Below are positions 32,146-45,132 of a DNA stretch of 64,000 nucleotides, piece after piece. Source of the stretch: Dictyostelium discoideum (lineage: Eukaryota). Each line of letters starts with the position of its first letter. The first letter of the stretch is position 1. The stretch spans positions 4,704,001 through 4,768,000 of the forward strand of contig CM000151.3 of the NCBI GenBank assembly GCA_000004695.1, written 5' to 3'. The notes under the pieces were generated by a model that saw only the letters and a list, made by a program, of their open reading frames with translations, had not been told where the DNA came from and did not search any database. A program made the position numbers and the translations under genes.

Positions 32146-33031
32146 AGAATGCAGTGCTGTGAATTAAAAAAAATAAAAAAAAAAAAATAAAGAATGCGGT
32201 GCTGTTGAATTAAAAAAAATATAACCTCAATTTTAGAAAATAAAAAATAAAAAATAAAAAATAAAATTAATTCTTGTGATTTTTTTTTTTATTTTTTTTT
32301 AAAAAAAAATTAAAAAATTAAAATAAAAAAAAAAATCACAAGAATTCAATCTTTCAAGAAAAACATTTTTCCTCTCACTTTTACTCATCTCAATTTTTTT
32401 TTTTTTTTTTCTCTTGGTGGCACTTTTCGATTTCGGTGTTCAGGATTGTCACAAACTTTCACAATTATAACTAAAAAAAAAAAAAAAAAAAAAAAAAATA
32501 AAAATAATAATAATAAAAAAAAAAGTCGGGGTCATTAAAAAATAAAAAAATTAATGAAATAAATTGCAAAGAAAAAAAAAAAAAAAAAAAAAATAACACA
32601 ATAATGACAACATATATTATACAAATAACTTGATTTTAATTGAATTAAAATTCCATGTTTATTTGAGCAATAAAGAAATAATAAAAAAAAAAGTCAATAG
32701 TGATAGTTATTGTTTAATGTAATATTGCCCCAAGTGAATTATTGAATATGTGTGAGTGTGTGTGAATGTGTGCATTGGGGAGTGGGGTGGTGAATAAAAA
32801 AAATCGCAACAACAACAACAAACAAAAAAAACAAAAAAACAAATAAAACAACACTACAAGCATACAACCAAATAAAATAAATTACACAACTCACACACAG
32901 TCCTGTAAAAAACTTATTAATTGTAAATTATGTGGTGGGGTCATTGAAAATAATATTATTTTCAGTATCAAAAAAAAAAAAAAAAAATTAAATTAAAAAT
33001 ATTGATTATATTTTGTAGTATGAAAACAAAA

Positions 33032-33062
<31 letters not shown>

Positions 33063-33289
33063 AGTAATAATAAAAAGTAAAAAATAATTAAATTAAAAAT
33101 ATAAATCATTAACAATAATTTTTCAAATAATATACAACAATTAAATAAAATATTTCGCAACATTTCATTTTATTTTTTTTAATTATTTTAAAATTCAAAA
33201 AATAATTTTTTTGATTTGGCTTAAAAACACCAAACTATTTTTGGAATTCCCCAAAATAAATAAACATTCCAATATATCCAAGGAAGCCA

Positions 33290-33344
<55 letters not shown>

Positions 33345-33410
33345 AAACTATTTTTGGAAATCCTAAAATATATAAAATATTGCAATACATCCAAAGAAGC
33401 CAATAAAAAA

Positions 33411-33442
<32 letters not shown>

Positions 33443-33490
33443 AGATAAAAAAAAAAAAATATAAAAAAAGAGAAAAAAAAAAAAAAAAAT

Positions 33491-34615
33491 ATGAAGGGTT
33501 CAATATTCTTACTCTTTATTTTCCAAATATTTAAATTTTCATCAAGTTATTCACATTATCCACATAAAAACCAGTTTTCATTTTATTCACCTACAAGTTT
33601 ATCATTTACATCTTCAAATTTCTCAAGTGGTAGTGGTAGTGGTAGTGGTGGTGCTAGTGGTAGTGGTGGTGGTGGTAATATTGGTAATAAATACAATAAT
33701 GAAAATAACAAAATTAATGAAGAGATTATTATTTCATGTATATATGATGACTATTTAAATTTTCAATACCAAGATTTAAGTAAGATCAATGGTATTTTAA
33801 TTAATGGTTTCAATAAAAATAGTACGAGTGATATATTTGTTAAAAATGTAAACTCTCAATATTATGATCAAAGTGATAGTAGCAATAATTTTCATTATTT
33901 TGATCAAGAGAATAATAATTTATCTCCACAATCTCAATTAAATAAGGAATGTCCATTCAATTTAAAGAATCCAATTCCAACATTTTCAAATTCAAGATAT
34001 TCAATCAAAATTGATAAATCATTTGATGTTTCTGATGAAATCACTTTAGTTTCAAAAAATAATTTCTTAAATTCAAATTCTGTAAGTTGTTTTCATTTTT
34101 ATAAAATTTTAAAAATATAATCTTCAATATTAATTTTTTTTTTTTTTTTTTTTTTTTAAAAAAGATTTCAAAATTAAAATTTAAAGTTTATATTCCAAAT
34201 AAAATTACCAATAAAATTAAAATACAACTTATAAATAGTTTAACTGGAAATAATGGTCCTAAAATACCATTGTTAAACACAATTGAAAATAATTATTTAA
34301 AACCATTCCCATGCCATCAATGGTTAGATGCATTTATTTTATTTAACGAAACCAATTATTATAATAATAATAATAATAATAATTATCCAATTTTTTACAA
34401 TGGTCTTAAAATTACAAGTAGTAATAGATCCCTTGATAACACTTGGATTGACGAAGTTTATATTGATGAAATTAAATTAATTTCAAACAATAATAAACAC
34501 AATAGTAATAAAAATGATAGAAAAAGAAATATTGATCAAACCAATGAAATTTATGATAAAATAAATATCAATAATAATAATTATAATATTAGAAAATTAT
34601 TTAGTATCTTAGATG

Positions 34616-34673
<58 letters not shown>

Positions 34674-35297
34674 AATTATTAATAGTTATAATACAATTAA
34701 TTCAAGGGCTGATATTGCATTAGGTGGTAATAGTGATGATCAAAGTGACATTTCATACTCTATCATTTGTAATAAACATATGAATGAATTGAATAATGAA
34801 ATCAAATGGAGATTTGAAGAAGGATCATCTAGTAGTTTAGTTGAAACAGCTAATGGGAATTTAATATTGGAAGGTTCAATTCATAGTATTTCAAAACATC
34901 AAGCTGATTATAATTTTAATTGTAAAACCAATTGGAAAATTAGAATTGAATTTTCACCAATTATCGATGATTATCAATATAATGGCAGAATGGAATTGGC
35001 ATCATTTGCATATACTAAAAATGGTGGTCCAATTGATACACTTTATTGGAAATATTATAAATTTGTAAATGGTTATTTAAGTGGTTTAGATTGTAATCAA
35101 GGTAAATTAATTCAAATTAATAATAATAATAATCATAATGAAAATAATAATGGAATTTTACAAATTGGTATTGGCGCAAATAATAAAAATGGTAGATTTG
35201 GTTTATCAGTATATGGATTACAGTTATCAATTGATAATGACAATACTTTTAATATTAATGTTGATTTAAATAACCAAAATAACCATTTATCTAATAA

Positions 35298-35328
<31 letters not shown>

Positions 35329-38300
35329 AATGAAGTTTTAGAATGTAATTGTCCAATTGGATTTATTTGTTTAAATGATGGAACATGTAAATTAAATTTT
35401 CAAAATGATGTTGATGAAGAATATATAGATTGTTCAACATTACAATGTCCATCAGGGTATGAATGTAAACTTGATAAGAATTCAAAGACTAGAGGATGTA
35501 TTGAACAGATTGGCCCACAAAATCTTAATCAAACTAATAAATGTTTGGGTAATTTAAAGTGTCCAGATGGATTTGGTTGCTGGCATAATTCAACTGATAA
35601 TACTTTAAATTGTAAACAATATAATAATCATAAATTTGATACAAATGTCATCGATAGTGAAAAACATAGACATCATTGTAGAAATGTTGATTGTCCAAAG
35701 AGTCATTACTGTAAAATTCAAAGAAATGGTTTACCAAGATGTTTCCCAAAAGTTAACCCATGTGAATTTGTAAGTTGTGATTGTAATCTAGAGTGTAGAG
35801 TAACATCATGTGGTGATGCTAAATGTTTTGCACCAGAGGAATGTTGTGAAGGTAAAGCTTGTATGGACACTAGAAATTATAGATGCGTAAAGATTAATGG
35901 CGTTGATGAATGTGTTAGAATCCCACCTTTGAAACCATTACCACCCCCACCCATTTTCTATGAAACACCATCACCAACATCTGCACCACCCACTGAAACA
36001 CCATCGCCAACTGACACACCAACTGATAAACCAACTATACCACCAACACCAACACCAACACCATCCAAAGAAATTACAGATTGTAGTCAAGTAATTTGTC
36101 AAGTTAATTATACATGTTTTGATATACAAAAAGGTGTTGGACCATTTACGCCAGTTTGTATACCCATTAATTATTGTGACGAGTATACCACTAGATTCGA
36201 TTTACAAGGTTATGTTTGGTTGGATGACAATGAAAATGGCTATAGAGATGTCAATGAAAATGGTGTTGAAACTGAACCAATTGGCGTAGAGGGTATCTTT
36301 TGTAATTTGGTATTCAGTACCGATCATTCACCCGCAAGAAATCATTATGGTGATATCATACCAGTATCAGTTACAAATTTGGATGGTTTCTTTAGTTTCA
36401 ATGATGTTGTACCAGGTTCTTATGTTATCGATTTCTATAATATCAAAGGTTATCATTGGACTCTACCATTCAATAGATACTTTAAGAATAGTAATTGGGT
36501 TAATAGTGATGGTACTTCTTTACCATTTGAATTACCACAATATAATGTTTCAAATCCAAATTTCATAATTTCACCACAATCCAATTTAATTTCAAAATCT
36601 ATAACTCTACCACAACCAATATTTTCAACTAATGCTATAGTCACTGTTAATAATGATGGTTTCGATGAGTTAGGTAGCAGTGGCAGTGGTAGTAGTGGTA
36701 ATAGTGGTAGTAGTGGTAGTGGTGGTAGTAGTAATGATAGCACAGAATCTCAATGGTCATCAGAATCAGAATCATCAGCATCTCTAATTACACCATCAAA
36801 TATCTGTCAAACTCATTTCACTGTTTCAAATATACTTGCTGGTCTTATTGTTGGTCCACAACCAACTCCATCCACTGATATACCAACAACAACAACAACA
36901 ACAACCTCTACATCAACAACAGGTCCAATTGAACCAACATCAACACCAACGCCAATAGTTGATGTTATTGATTATTATGGTATTGGTAAACAGGTATTCA
37001 TCGATTTCAATAATAATGGTATATTTGATAGTGGTATTGATAGACCAGTATCGGGTGTTGAAATTACATTAATTCAAAAAGGTTTCAGAGCATACAATCA
37101 TAAGGGTGATAAAGTACCAACAATAAAAACCGATACCAATGGTTTTTACTTTTTCGATGCTCTTGCACCTGGTGTATATAGAGTTTCATTGAATAATTTA
37201 CCACCACATGGTTATACCAATTCATTGTTAAACAAATATCCAATTGATACAAGTTCAAATACAAGTGCTCAATTCATAGTTTATTATCGTGTGAAAGATA
37301 ATATAAAATATAATGCTTCCGATTATCCATTGGCATCAAGTAATATTAAACCAAAGCTTGCACAATATATTAATTCATATGTCGATTTTGCTTTAGTACC
37401 TATTAATCCACCGATTGCAGTTGGTGATACCGTTTACTTTGATTCAAATCAAAATGGTAAACAAGATCCATTTGAAAAAGGTATCAAAGGTATTCAAGTC
37501 ACTCTAAAAGATTTAAAGAATGGTTATGAATATAAAACCATCACAGATGATAATGGTAAATATTTATTCGATCAAATGATTGAAAGTGATAATTATCAAT
37601 TACAATTCTCTGTACCAAATGGATTCCAAGTTGTCGATCATCCAAATTCAATAAAGAATGGAGTTTACACAATGGATACATTTCAATTATCTTCAAGTAC
37701 CACTCCACCAACTAATGCTTCATTAACAAAGGGTGTAGTTGGTAACAAGAAAGTTAATTCCGCTTATTTCGACGATTCAAAAGATGTACCATTGTATTTC
37801 GAAAATTCTTATGCAATTGGCCATCAAGCTTTTATCGATACAAATTTAGATGGATTGTATAAAAATGACCTTGATAAACCATTACCTGGCGTTGAAGTTA
37901 CTTTGGTTAATGCCGCTTCACCATCAACTCCAATTACAAATATCTTAGGTCAAATTGTTAGAACTGTTATCACTGATGCAAAGGGTTTTTATCAATTTGA
38001 TTTCTTAAAGCCAAATAACTACATTGTTCAATTTAAACCACCCACTGGGTTCAAAGTTACAAAGCCACCACCAAACACTGCAACCTATCCAGAATTAGGT
38101 TCATTAATAGATACAAAATCATTTAAAACACCATCATTAGATATTGTTACCTTATCGAAACCAAAGAATATAGAATACATTCGTCTTAATGTTCAAGCTT
38201 CAAATATTTTCGAAAGTGTAAATGCAGGTTTCTATATTCCACCAACATTTTCAATTGGTCATAGAGTTTGGTATGATACAAATGCTGATGGTATTATGGA

Positions 38301-41300
38301 TCCAACTGAAGAGGGTGTACCTGGTATTGTAGTTTCACTATATACTGATAAGAGTGAACCCGCTTATGATATCAATGATAATCTCATCATTCCAACGATA
38401 ACAGACTCTAAAGGTTTTTATTTATTAACCAAAATTCCAACAGGTAATTACTTCATTTCATTTAGTAATCTACCAAAAGGTTACACTTGGACCAAACAAA
38501 ATGTTCTCACACTTGATTCAGTTGGTTATGATTCACGTCCAAATGTTTTCACAGGATATACCTCTTTGTTTGAAATGTCAACAACAAGTCAATTGGTTAG
38601 AACTACTGTTCCTTCTGACAACTCACCAGATTTCTATATAAATCCAATCGAAAATGCTGGTATCATCAAGGGTAATAGAGGTCTGGTTATTAAATACGCA
38701 GTTGGTAGATACATATTTTATGACGATAATAGAAATGGAATTTTAGATGATTATGAAAACGGTGTTGGAGGTGTCATTGTTCAAATATTCACTTCAGCTG
38801 GTAAACCTGCTCTTGATTTTAATGGCAAGGTTATTCCACCCGCTGTAACCGATTCAACAGGTCGTTATATCATTGATAATTTATCACAAGGCGATTATAT
38901 CATTCAATTTTCAAATATTCCAAATGGTTATAACTTTGAAAATTTACCACCACCTTATCCAAATTATCTCAATGGTAGAATTGGTACATTTACTCTTTCG
39001 CCATCATCCTCTATCAATACAACAAATGTTATTAAAAAATTCAATCCTCCAAAACCTAATGGAGGTAAAAAAGTTTCATTCAGTCATAGTATCAATCAAA
39101 AATCTAGGAAATTATTAAATGATGGAATAATTGGACAAGACACATCTGTTGATTTATCAAATGTTATAGCTGGAGGTAGTACTGTCGATGGTGTTGACAT
39201 TCCAAATGTTATAGCTGGTGGTAGTACTGTCGATGGTGGTACTAGTGTTAATGGTGGTACTGGTAGTACTTCAACAACAACAGTTTCATCATCACCATCA
39301 TCATCATCTGATATTGGTAGTAGTAGTGATATCAGTAGTGAAGTATCATCATCGTTATCATCATCGCCATCATCATCAGAACAACCATCAGAGCAATCAT
39401 CATCATCATCAGAACAACCACCAGAAGATTCAATGGAAGAATATCCAGTTCATTATTATGAACCTGTATTTGAGACAACACCAGGTAGTTATCCATTGGA
39501 TAGTATTAAAGCAGAAAGAACAGATTTAACAAGAAATGCAGCAATTGTAAGAGCAGCACCATATGCATTTGGTCAAAAAGTATTTTTCATTGATAATAAT
39601 GGCAATGAAGTTGGTGTACCAGATGTAACGGTAACATTAGTTAATTCAAATGGTTTCCCAGTGACAAGTATTAATGGTGTAAATATGGTACCAACAAAGA
39701 CAGATTCAAAGGGTTCATACCGTTTCAATTTATTACGTGCTGGTTCTTATCATGTTGAATTTTCAAATATTCCAATTGGTTTTTCATTCTTTGACCCATT
39801 ATCAGGTAAAATCGATTTCAATCTTGTAAACACTGATCCAAATGTACGTGGTGCAATACCAGCCGATAAAGTACCAAAAGCAACCTATTATGATCAACAT
39901 GTTAATCTTCAATTGAATCCACCATTTATCTTTGCAATTGGTACCCGTGTTTGGAATGATACAAATAAGAATGGTCTCTATGAAATTGCTGAACCTGTTT
40001 TCCCAAATATTACAGTTAGACTATTTGATCAAAATTTACAACCAGTACTAGATAATTTTAACATTCAAGTGGAGCCAACTGTAACCAATGCATTGGGTCA
40101 ATATTATTTCGATAATTTACATAGTGGTTCATATATTGTCAAATTCGAAGTACCAACTCGTTATTATTTCGCACCACAATTGAAATCAATTGAAAATTCC
40201 AATGGAGTTGGTGTCAATTCAAAACCAAATAGTCAAGGTTATACAAGTGTTATTTCACTCTCACCAGATTCATTGGTTGAAGCTCCACCATCAGATTTTA
40301 ATTTCACCATTAGATCTTTAGTAGGTAATTTCCATATTGATGCTGGTTTAATTTATGATGAAAATTATGTCAAGTCATATGCGGTTGGTAGATATGTATT
40401 CTATGATCTCAATGATAATGGTATTATGGATAGTGGTGAAATGGGTGTACCAAATGTTACCGTTGAAATATTTAATCCAACTGGTCAACAAGTTTACAAT
40501 ATCAATGAATTACTAATTGGATCAACAACCACAGATTCCAATGGTTATTACCTTTTCGATGAAATTCAACCTGGTAGTTATATCATAAAGTTTAGTAATA
40601 TACCAAATGATTTAATGTTTGGAAATAAAACAAAACCAAATTCAAATACTGGCCTAACTGAACCATTCTTATTATTCCCAAAAGAACCTGCTATCAGACT
40701 TGTAAATAGTACCACTGATGTTGGTGTAAAAGCTCAAGCAGTCGATTTCACAGAGAATGCAGGTTTAATTAAAAAGGTAACATTTGCGATTGGTCATTAT
40801 GTTTGGTATGATATAAATTCAAATGGTCTTCAAGATTATCCAAATGAACCGCCAGCATATGGAGTTCCACTTAGATTACTTAAATGCAATTTGATTGGTA
40901 TAACTTATGATACTTGTTTCACAGTGATAAATACAACTACAACCGATCAAAATGGTCTTTACTATTTTGATAATTTATCACCCGGTTTATATAAACTATT
41001 ATTTATGAATCAACAAGGCATTTTCGAAACTACAACTCCTTTCGCTGGTAATGGTACAAATGATAGTAAAGCAATCGATGAAGCTATCACTGGAATTAGA
41101 TTATCAATATATACAAAGAATGTAACGAAAACAGATTCAAATCTTGACCCAATGATAAAGGCACCCTTCATTGATAGAACATTGAATGTTGGTATTCTAA
41201 AACCACCAATGTTTAGTATTGGTCATAAAGTTTGGTATGATACCAATAAAAATGGTAAAATCGATCTAAAAGAACAACCAGCACCAAATGTAACCATTTA

Positions 41301-44300
41301 TCTCAAACGTGCAAAAGAGGTCAACTTTGAATATTCCTTTGATCTCTATGGTAAACCTATGATCGCTAAAACAAATGAAACAGGTGATTATTGGATCAAT
41401 AATATTCCACCAGGTCTTTACATTGCAAAATTCTTTCCACCAAATGATACAAGATTCACCATTCAAATGAATGATAATAGTGCAAATGTTTTCGGTTCTT
41501 CATATGCAATCTATTTGTTCTATAAAGTTCCAGGTATTCATCCATACAATTTAAAAGTTGATATTGGTGCGGTGAATGCAAGTTATGTTTACTCAAAAGT
41601 TAATGCAGGTTTATTAAAAGGTTTAGTTGATATTCGTCTTTATGCAGTTAGTGGTTATGTTTACAACGATACCAATTCCAATGGTATTAGAGATCCCGGT
41701 GAAAATGGTGTTAATGGTACAATTGTAACATTATTGGATATAAATGGTAATACAATGGTTGATGCTGATTCTTATCCAATTAATTCATATACAACGGGTC
41801 CTGATGGATACTATAAATTCGATGATTTCTCATTTGGTAAATATATTATAACATTTAGCGGTGTACCAGATTTAATCTATCAATTCTATAAACCAGATGA
41901 TCAACAACATTTAAATCATTCCACACTTTCAAATATAACAATTTGGTCACCAGATAATCCAATGGTTGTAAATGCAACACTCAGTGATCATGTCAACGCT
42001 CAATATATTCTTAGAGAACAAAATAAAGGTATTATTAGAGTGATCACTTATGCAATTGGAGGTAAGGTTATACCAGATTTTAAAAACACAACATATAAGG
42101 ATAGTGGTTACGCGGGTGGTGCTGTTATAGTTCAATTATACCGTAACAATTCAATAGCAACAGATCTTCGTGGTAATCCAATACCATCGGTATTGACCAA
42201 TGTATTGACTGGTGAATATCTTTTCGATAATGTACCAATCTTAGAGGGTTATCAAGTAATGTTTTCAAGTCCACCACCAGGTTGGATTTTTGAAAAGTAT
42301 AGAATCACTCAAACCCCATTCATTCAACTTGATCTTTTACCATCATTCAATTTACCAAAATCAAATCCAAAATTAATAGATAAGAAACTTTATCCAAATA
42401 TCTTTGCAACCTATGGTGTATTGGATCAAGATACTATTATCTCACCCACTCTTTTTGGAATTGGTAAGAATACATTCATTGATGTTGAAAATAGTGGTCT
42501 CGAATCAATACCTTTAATTCCATTAGGGGGTGTAGTTGTAACACTTTACAATAGTGTATTCGAAAGAGTATTTGATGCATTTGGTAATTTGGTTAAAGAG
42601 AAAACCACGGGTGAAGATGGTGAATATTCTTTTGAAGACCTTTACTCTGGTCAATATATTGTTCATTTTGGTTTAGTTGAAGGTTATTCATTCACTCAAC
42701 AGTATGCTGGAACAGATCCTGAAATTGATTCGAATGCAAGTCCTGTAGATGGTTATTCAGAAATCATTCAATTAGATTCAATGAATAATGAATTGATTTT
42801 AATACCATTGGAATCTAGAAACAACACATTATTCTGTGATCCAACAATTGATGGTGGTTATGTTTCACTCTCACCTCAAGGTTTCATTAGTGGTATGACA
42901 TATATTGATTATAATGCTGATGGTGTATTCACACCAAATTCACGTGATAAACCATATCCAAATATTACGGTTTCAATCTACACTGGTGATGATAGTAGAT
43001 TAGTTGCAACCGCTCAAACTGATAAGAAAGGTTTTTACTCATTCTCACATTTATTCATATCCACTCAATATCAAGTTGTTTTCTCAGGTATTCCTCAAGG
43101 TTATTATACATCATTCCAAGCTGATACTGTACAATTCCCAATCGCAACAAAGACTGGTGTAAATTTAGGTATCATTAAACCATTGGAATATTGTCAAGAT
43201 GATATTAAAATAATTACAACTTGTTTTGTTCGTGGTGATTCAAATGATGATTTACCAGCTGTCGTTCAATTCCCTTATACTGCTTATTCCGATTTGAATG
43301 GTGATAATGGACAAAAAGTTGATCTAGTAACAATGAGTGAAACTAAAACAGTTTATGGTCTTGGATATGATCGTAAAGAGAATACAATCTATCTTTCGCC
43401 ATATAAAAAGCAATTTTCTAGTTTAAATTCAAAAACTTCATCAACTATCTTTAAGAAATCATTATCAACAGGTGCCCTATCAGCTTATGTAAATTTAGCA
43501 ACAGTTTTAGGTTTTGACTTTTTAGCTCCAAATGGTAAAGTTTATGGTGATTCTCAAACCTATCGTGTATTATTTGGTGATTTGGATATTATTGGTGATT
43601 ATATTTGGGTTACAAATCTTTATAGAAACATTGTAGTTAAAATACCATTACGTCAAACTCCAACTAGAGAAAACATTAAATTAGTAAACATCACTCATAA
43701 TTGTGGTCCAGATCCATTTAGAATCTTTGGTTTAGGTTATAATGGTTCCAATGTATTCGTTGGTGGTGTTTGTGAAGGTTCAGTTTCGAAGGATATAAGA
43801 AATGTAATTGGTGTAATTAAAGTGATTAGCTCTGATGAAACTTCATTCTCTGATGTTTTAACAATTCCAATGAATTATCCACGTGGTCGTTTACAAACTA
43901 GAATCATGTTTTTAAATGATATGACACCCATTTTCTCATCGGTTCAAAATTCAACATGGCAAGTTTGGAATGATACAGTGGGTAGTTTTAAACCTCAACC
44001 ACAGATAACCGATATTACATTCATTGGCGATGGTGGTAATATGGTAATATCAATGAAAGATCGTGAAGCTGATAGTCAAAGTGTTACGCCTGCAGGTGAT
44101 ATATTAATGGCATGTAAAGATTCAAATGGTGTTTATCAATTGGAGAGTGCTGGTGTTTGTGGTGGGTTAATTGGTACAAATCCAATTTCAATTGGTACAA
44201 TGATTGAACAAGGACCAGGTGGTGGTGAATTTTTCGATGACAATTTTAGTGATCGTGATTGGCAACATGATGAAACCACTTGGGGTTCTTCATATTATTT

Positions 44301-44865
44301 ACCAGGTAGTGGTGAAGTCATTGGTGGAGCATACGATCTTTTATCAACCAATGAAGCAATTGTAAAACATTGGTCAGTCTATAATGGTCGTGTTTTATAT
44401 GGTTTCATTTTAATTCATGGTGCTGGTTTAGATTATGTTTTCAATAAAGTTAATGGTTTAGGTGATATGGATGCAAATTGTAGATTACCAAATACTTATA
44501 TTGGCAATTACGTTTGGTATGATCTAAATAAAAATGGTCTTCAAGATCCAAATGAAAAAGGAATGGCAAATATTACTGTTCAATTATTTAGTGCCGCTAA
44601 TTCAACATTCATTAATTCAACTCTAACCGATTCCTCTGGTAATTACAATTTCCAAGTCATTTCAGAGTTTAAATATAGAGTTCATTTCGTTGCTCCAAAA
44701 GGTTTCACTTATTCTCCTATCGTTACTGTTAGTAGTGATCCTAATGATAAAAGAGATTTGGAAAAAATCAATAGTTTACCTGATTCAAAAGGTGACGCAT
44801 ATTTCTTTGCTAATGGTAATGGTGAAAATACTCAAGATATTGATTGTGGTTTTATAAGAATTTAA
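33491..44865 (+). CDS. Giant secreted/cell-surface protein (~3763 aa), colossin-like. It has a signal peptide, a Cys-rich EGF-like region, a Pro/Thr linker and ~16 tandem SdrD-B/CnaB-type domains. Exons 33491..34081 and 34165..44865.
   Basis: Exon 1 (MKGSIFLLFIFQIFKFSSS...) ends at a TCT|GTAAGT donor in phase 0. The acceptor AAAAAG at 34163 joins in frame to the 3531-aa ORF. The repeating unit is ~110 aa: IGxxVWxDxNxNGxxDxxExGVxGVxVxL...(T/S)DxxGxYxFxxLxxGxYxVxFxxPxGY (e.g. IGHRVWYDTNADGIMDPTEEGVPGIVVSLY, VGRYVFYDLNDNGIMDSGEMGVPNVTVEIF, IGNYVWYDLNKNGLQDPNEKGMANITVQLF). This is the SdrD B-like fold common in bacterial adhesins, and Dictyostelium colossins are built from it (established knowledge). 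Confidence 0.8.
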
Positions 44866-45132
44866 AAAAAAAAAAAAAAAATCAAATCTCGGAAAGTTAA
44901 TAAAAAAATAAAAAAAATAATTAGATTATAAAAGTAAAATAAAATAAAAAAAAATAATTGAAAACAAATCTAGGTTTAATCTTTGTTTATTTATTTTCTT
45001 TGAAAAAGATTTTTTTTTTTTATTTTTTTTTTAATTTTTTTTTTTTTTAAAAAATCAGTTGAGGAAATTATTTTTCCTTTTTTTATTTTTTTTTTTTTAA
45101 TTTCAAATCACTGCGAATTAAAAAAAAAAAAA

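Noticed and set aside
36453-36743. Minus-strand ORF MLSLLLPPLPLLPLL... and similar antisense ORFs (8920..9114, 20334..20588, 26167..26448, 52627..52827, 53270..53482, 57571..58736 plus-strand set, 63196..63405)
   Set aside because: These are antisense or off-frame readings of low-complexity coding repeats (poly-S/G/Q/E) inside well-supported genes on the other strand; none is a real gene.
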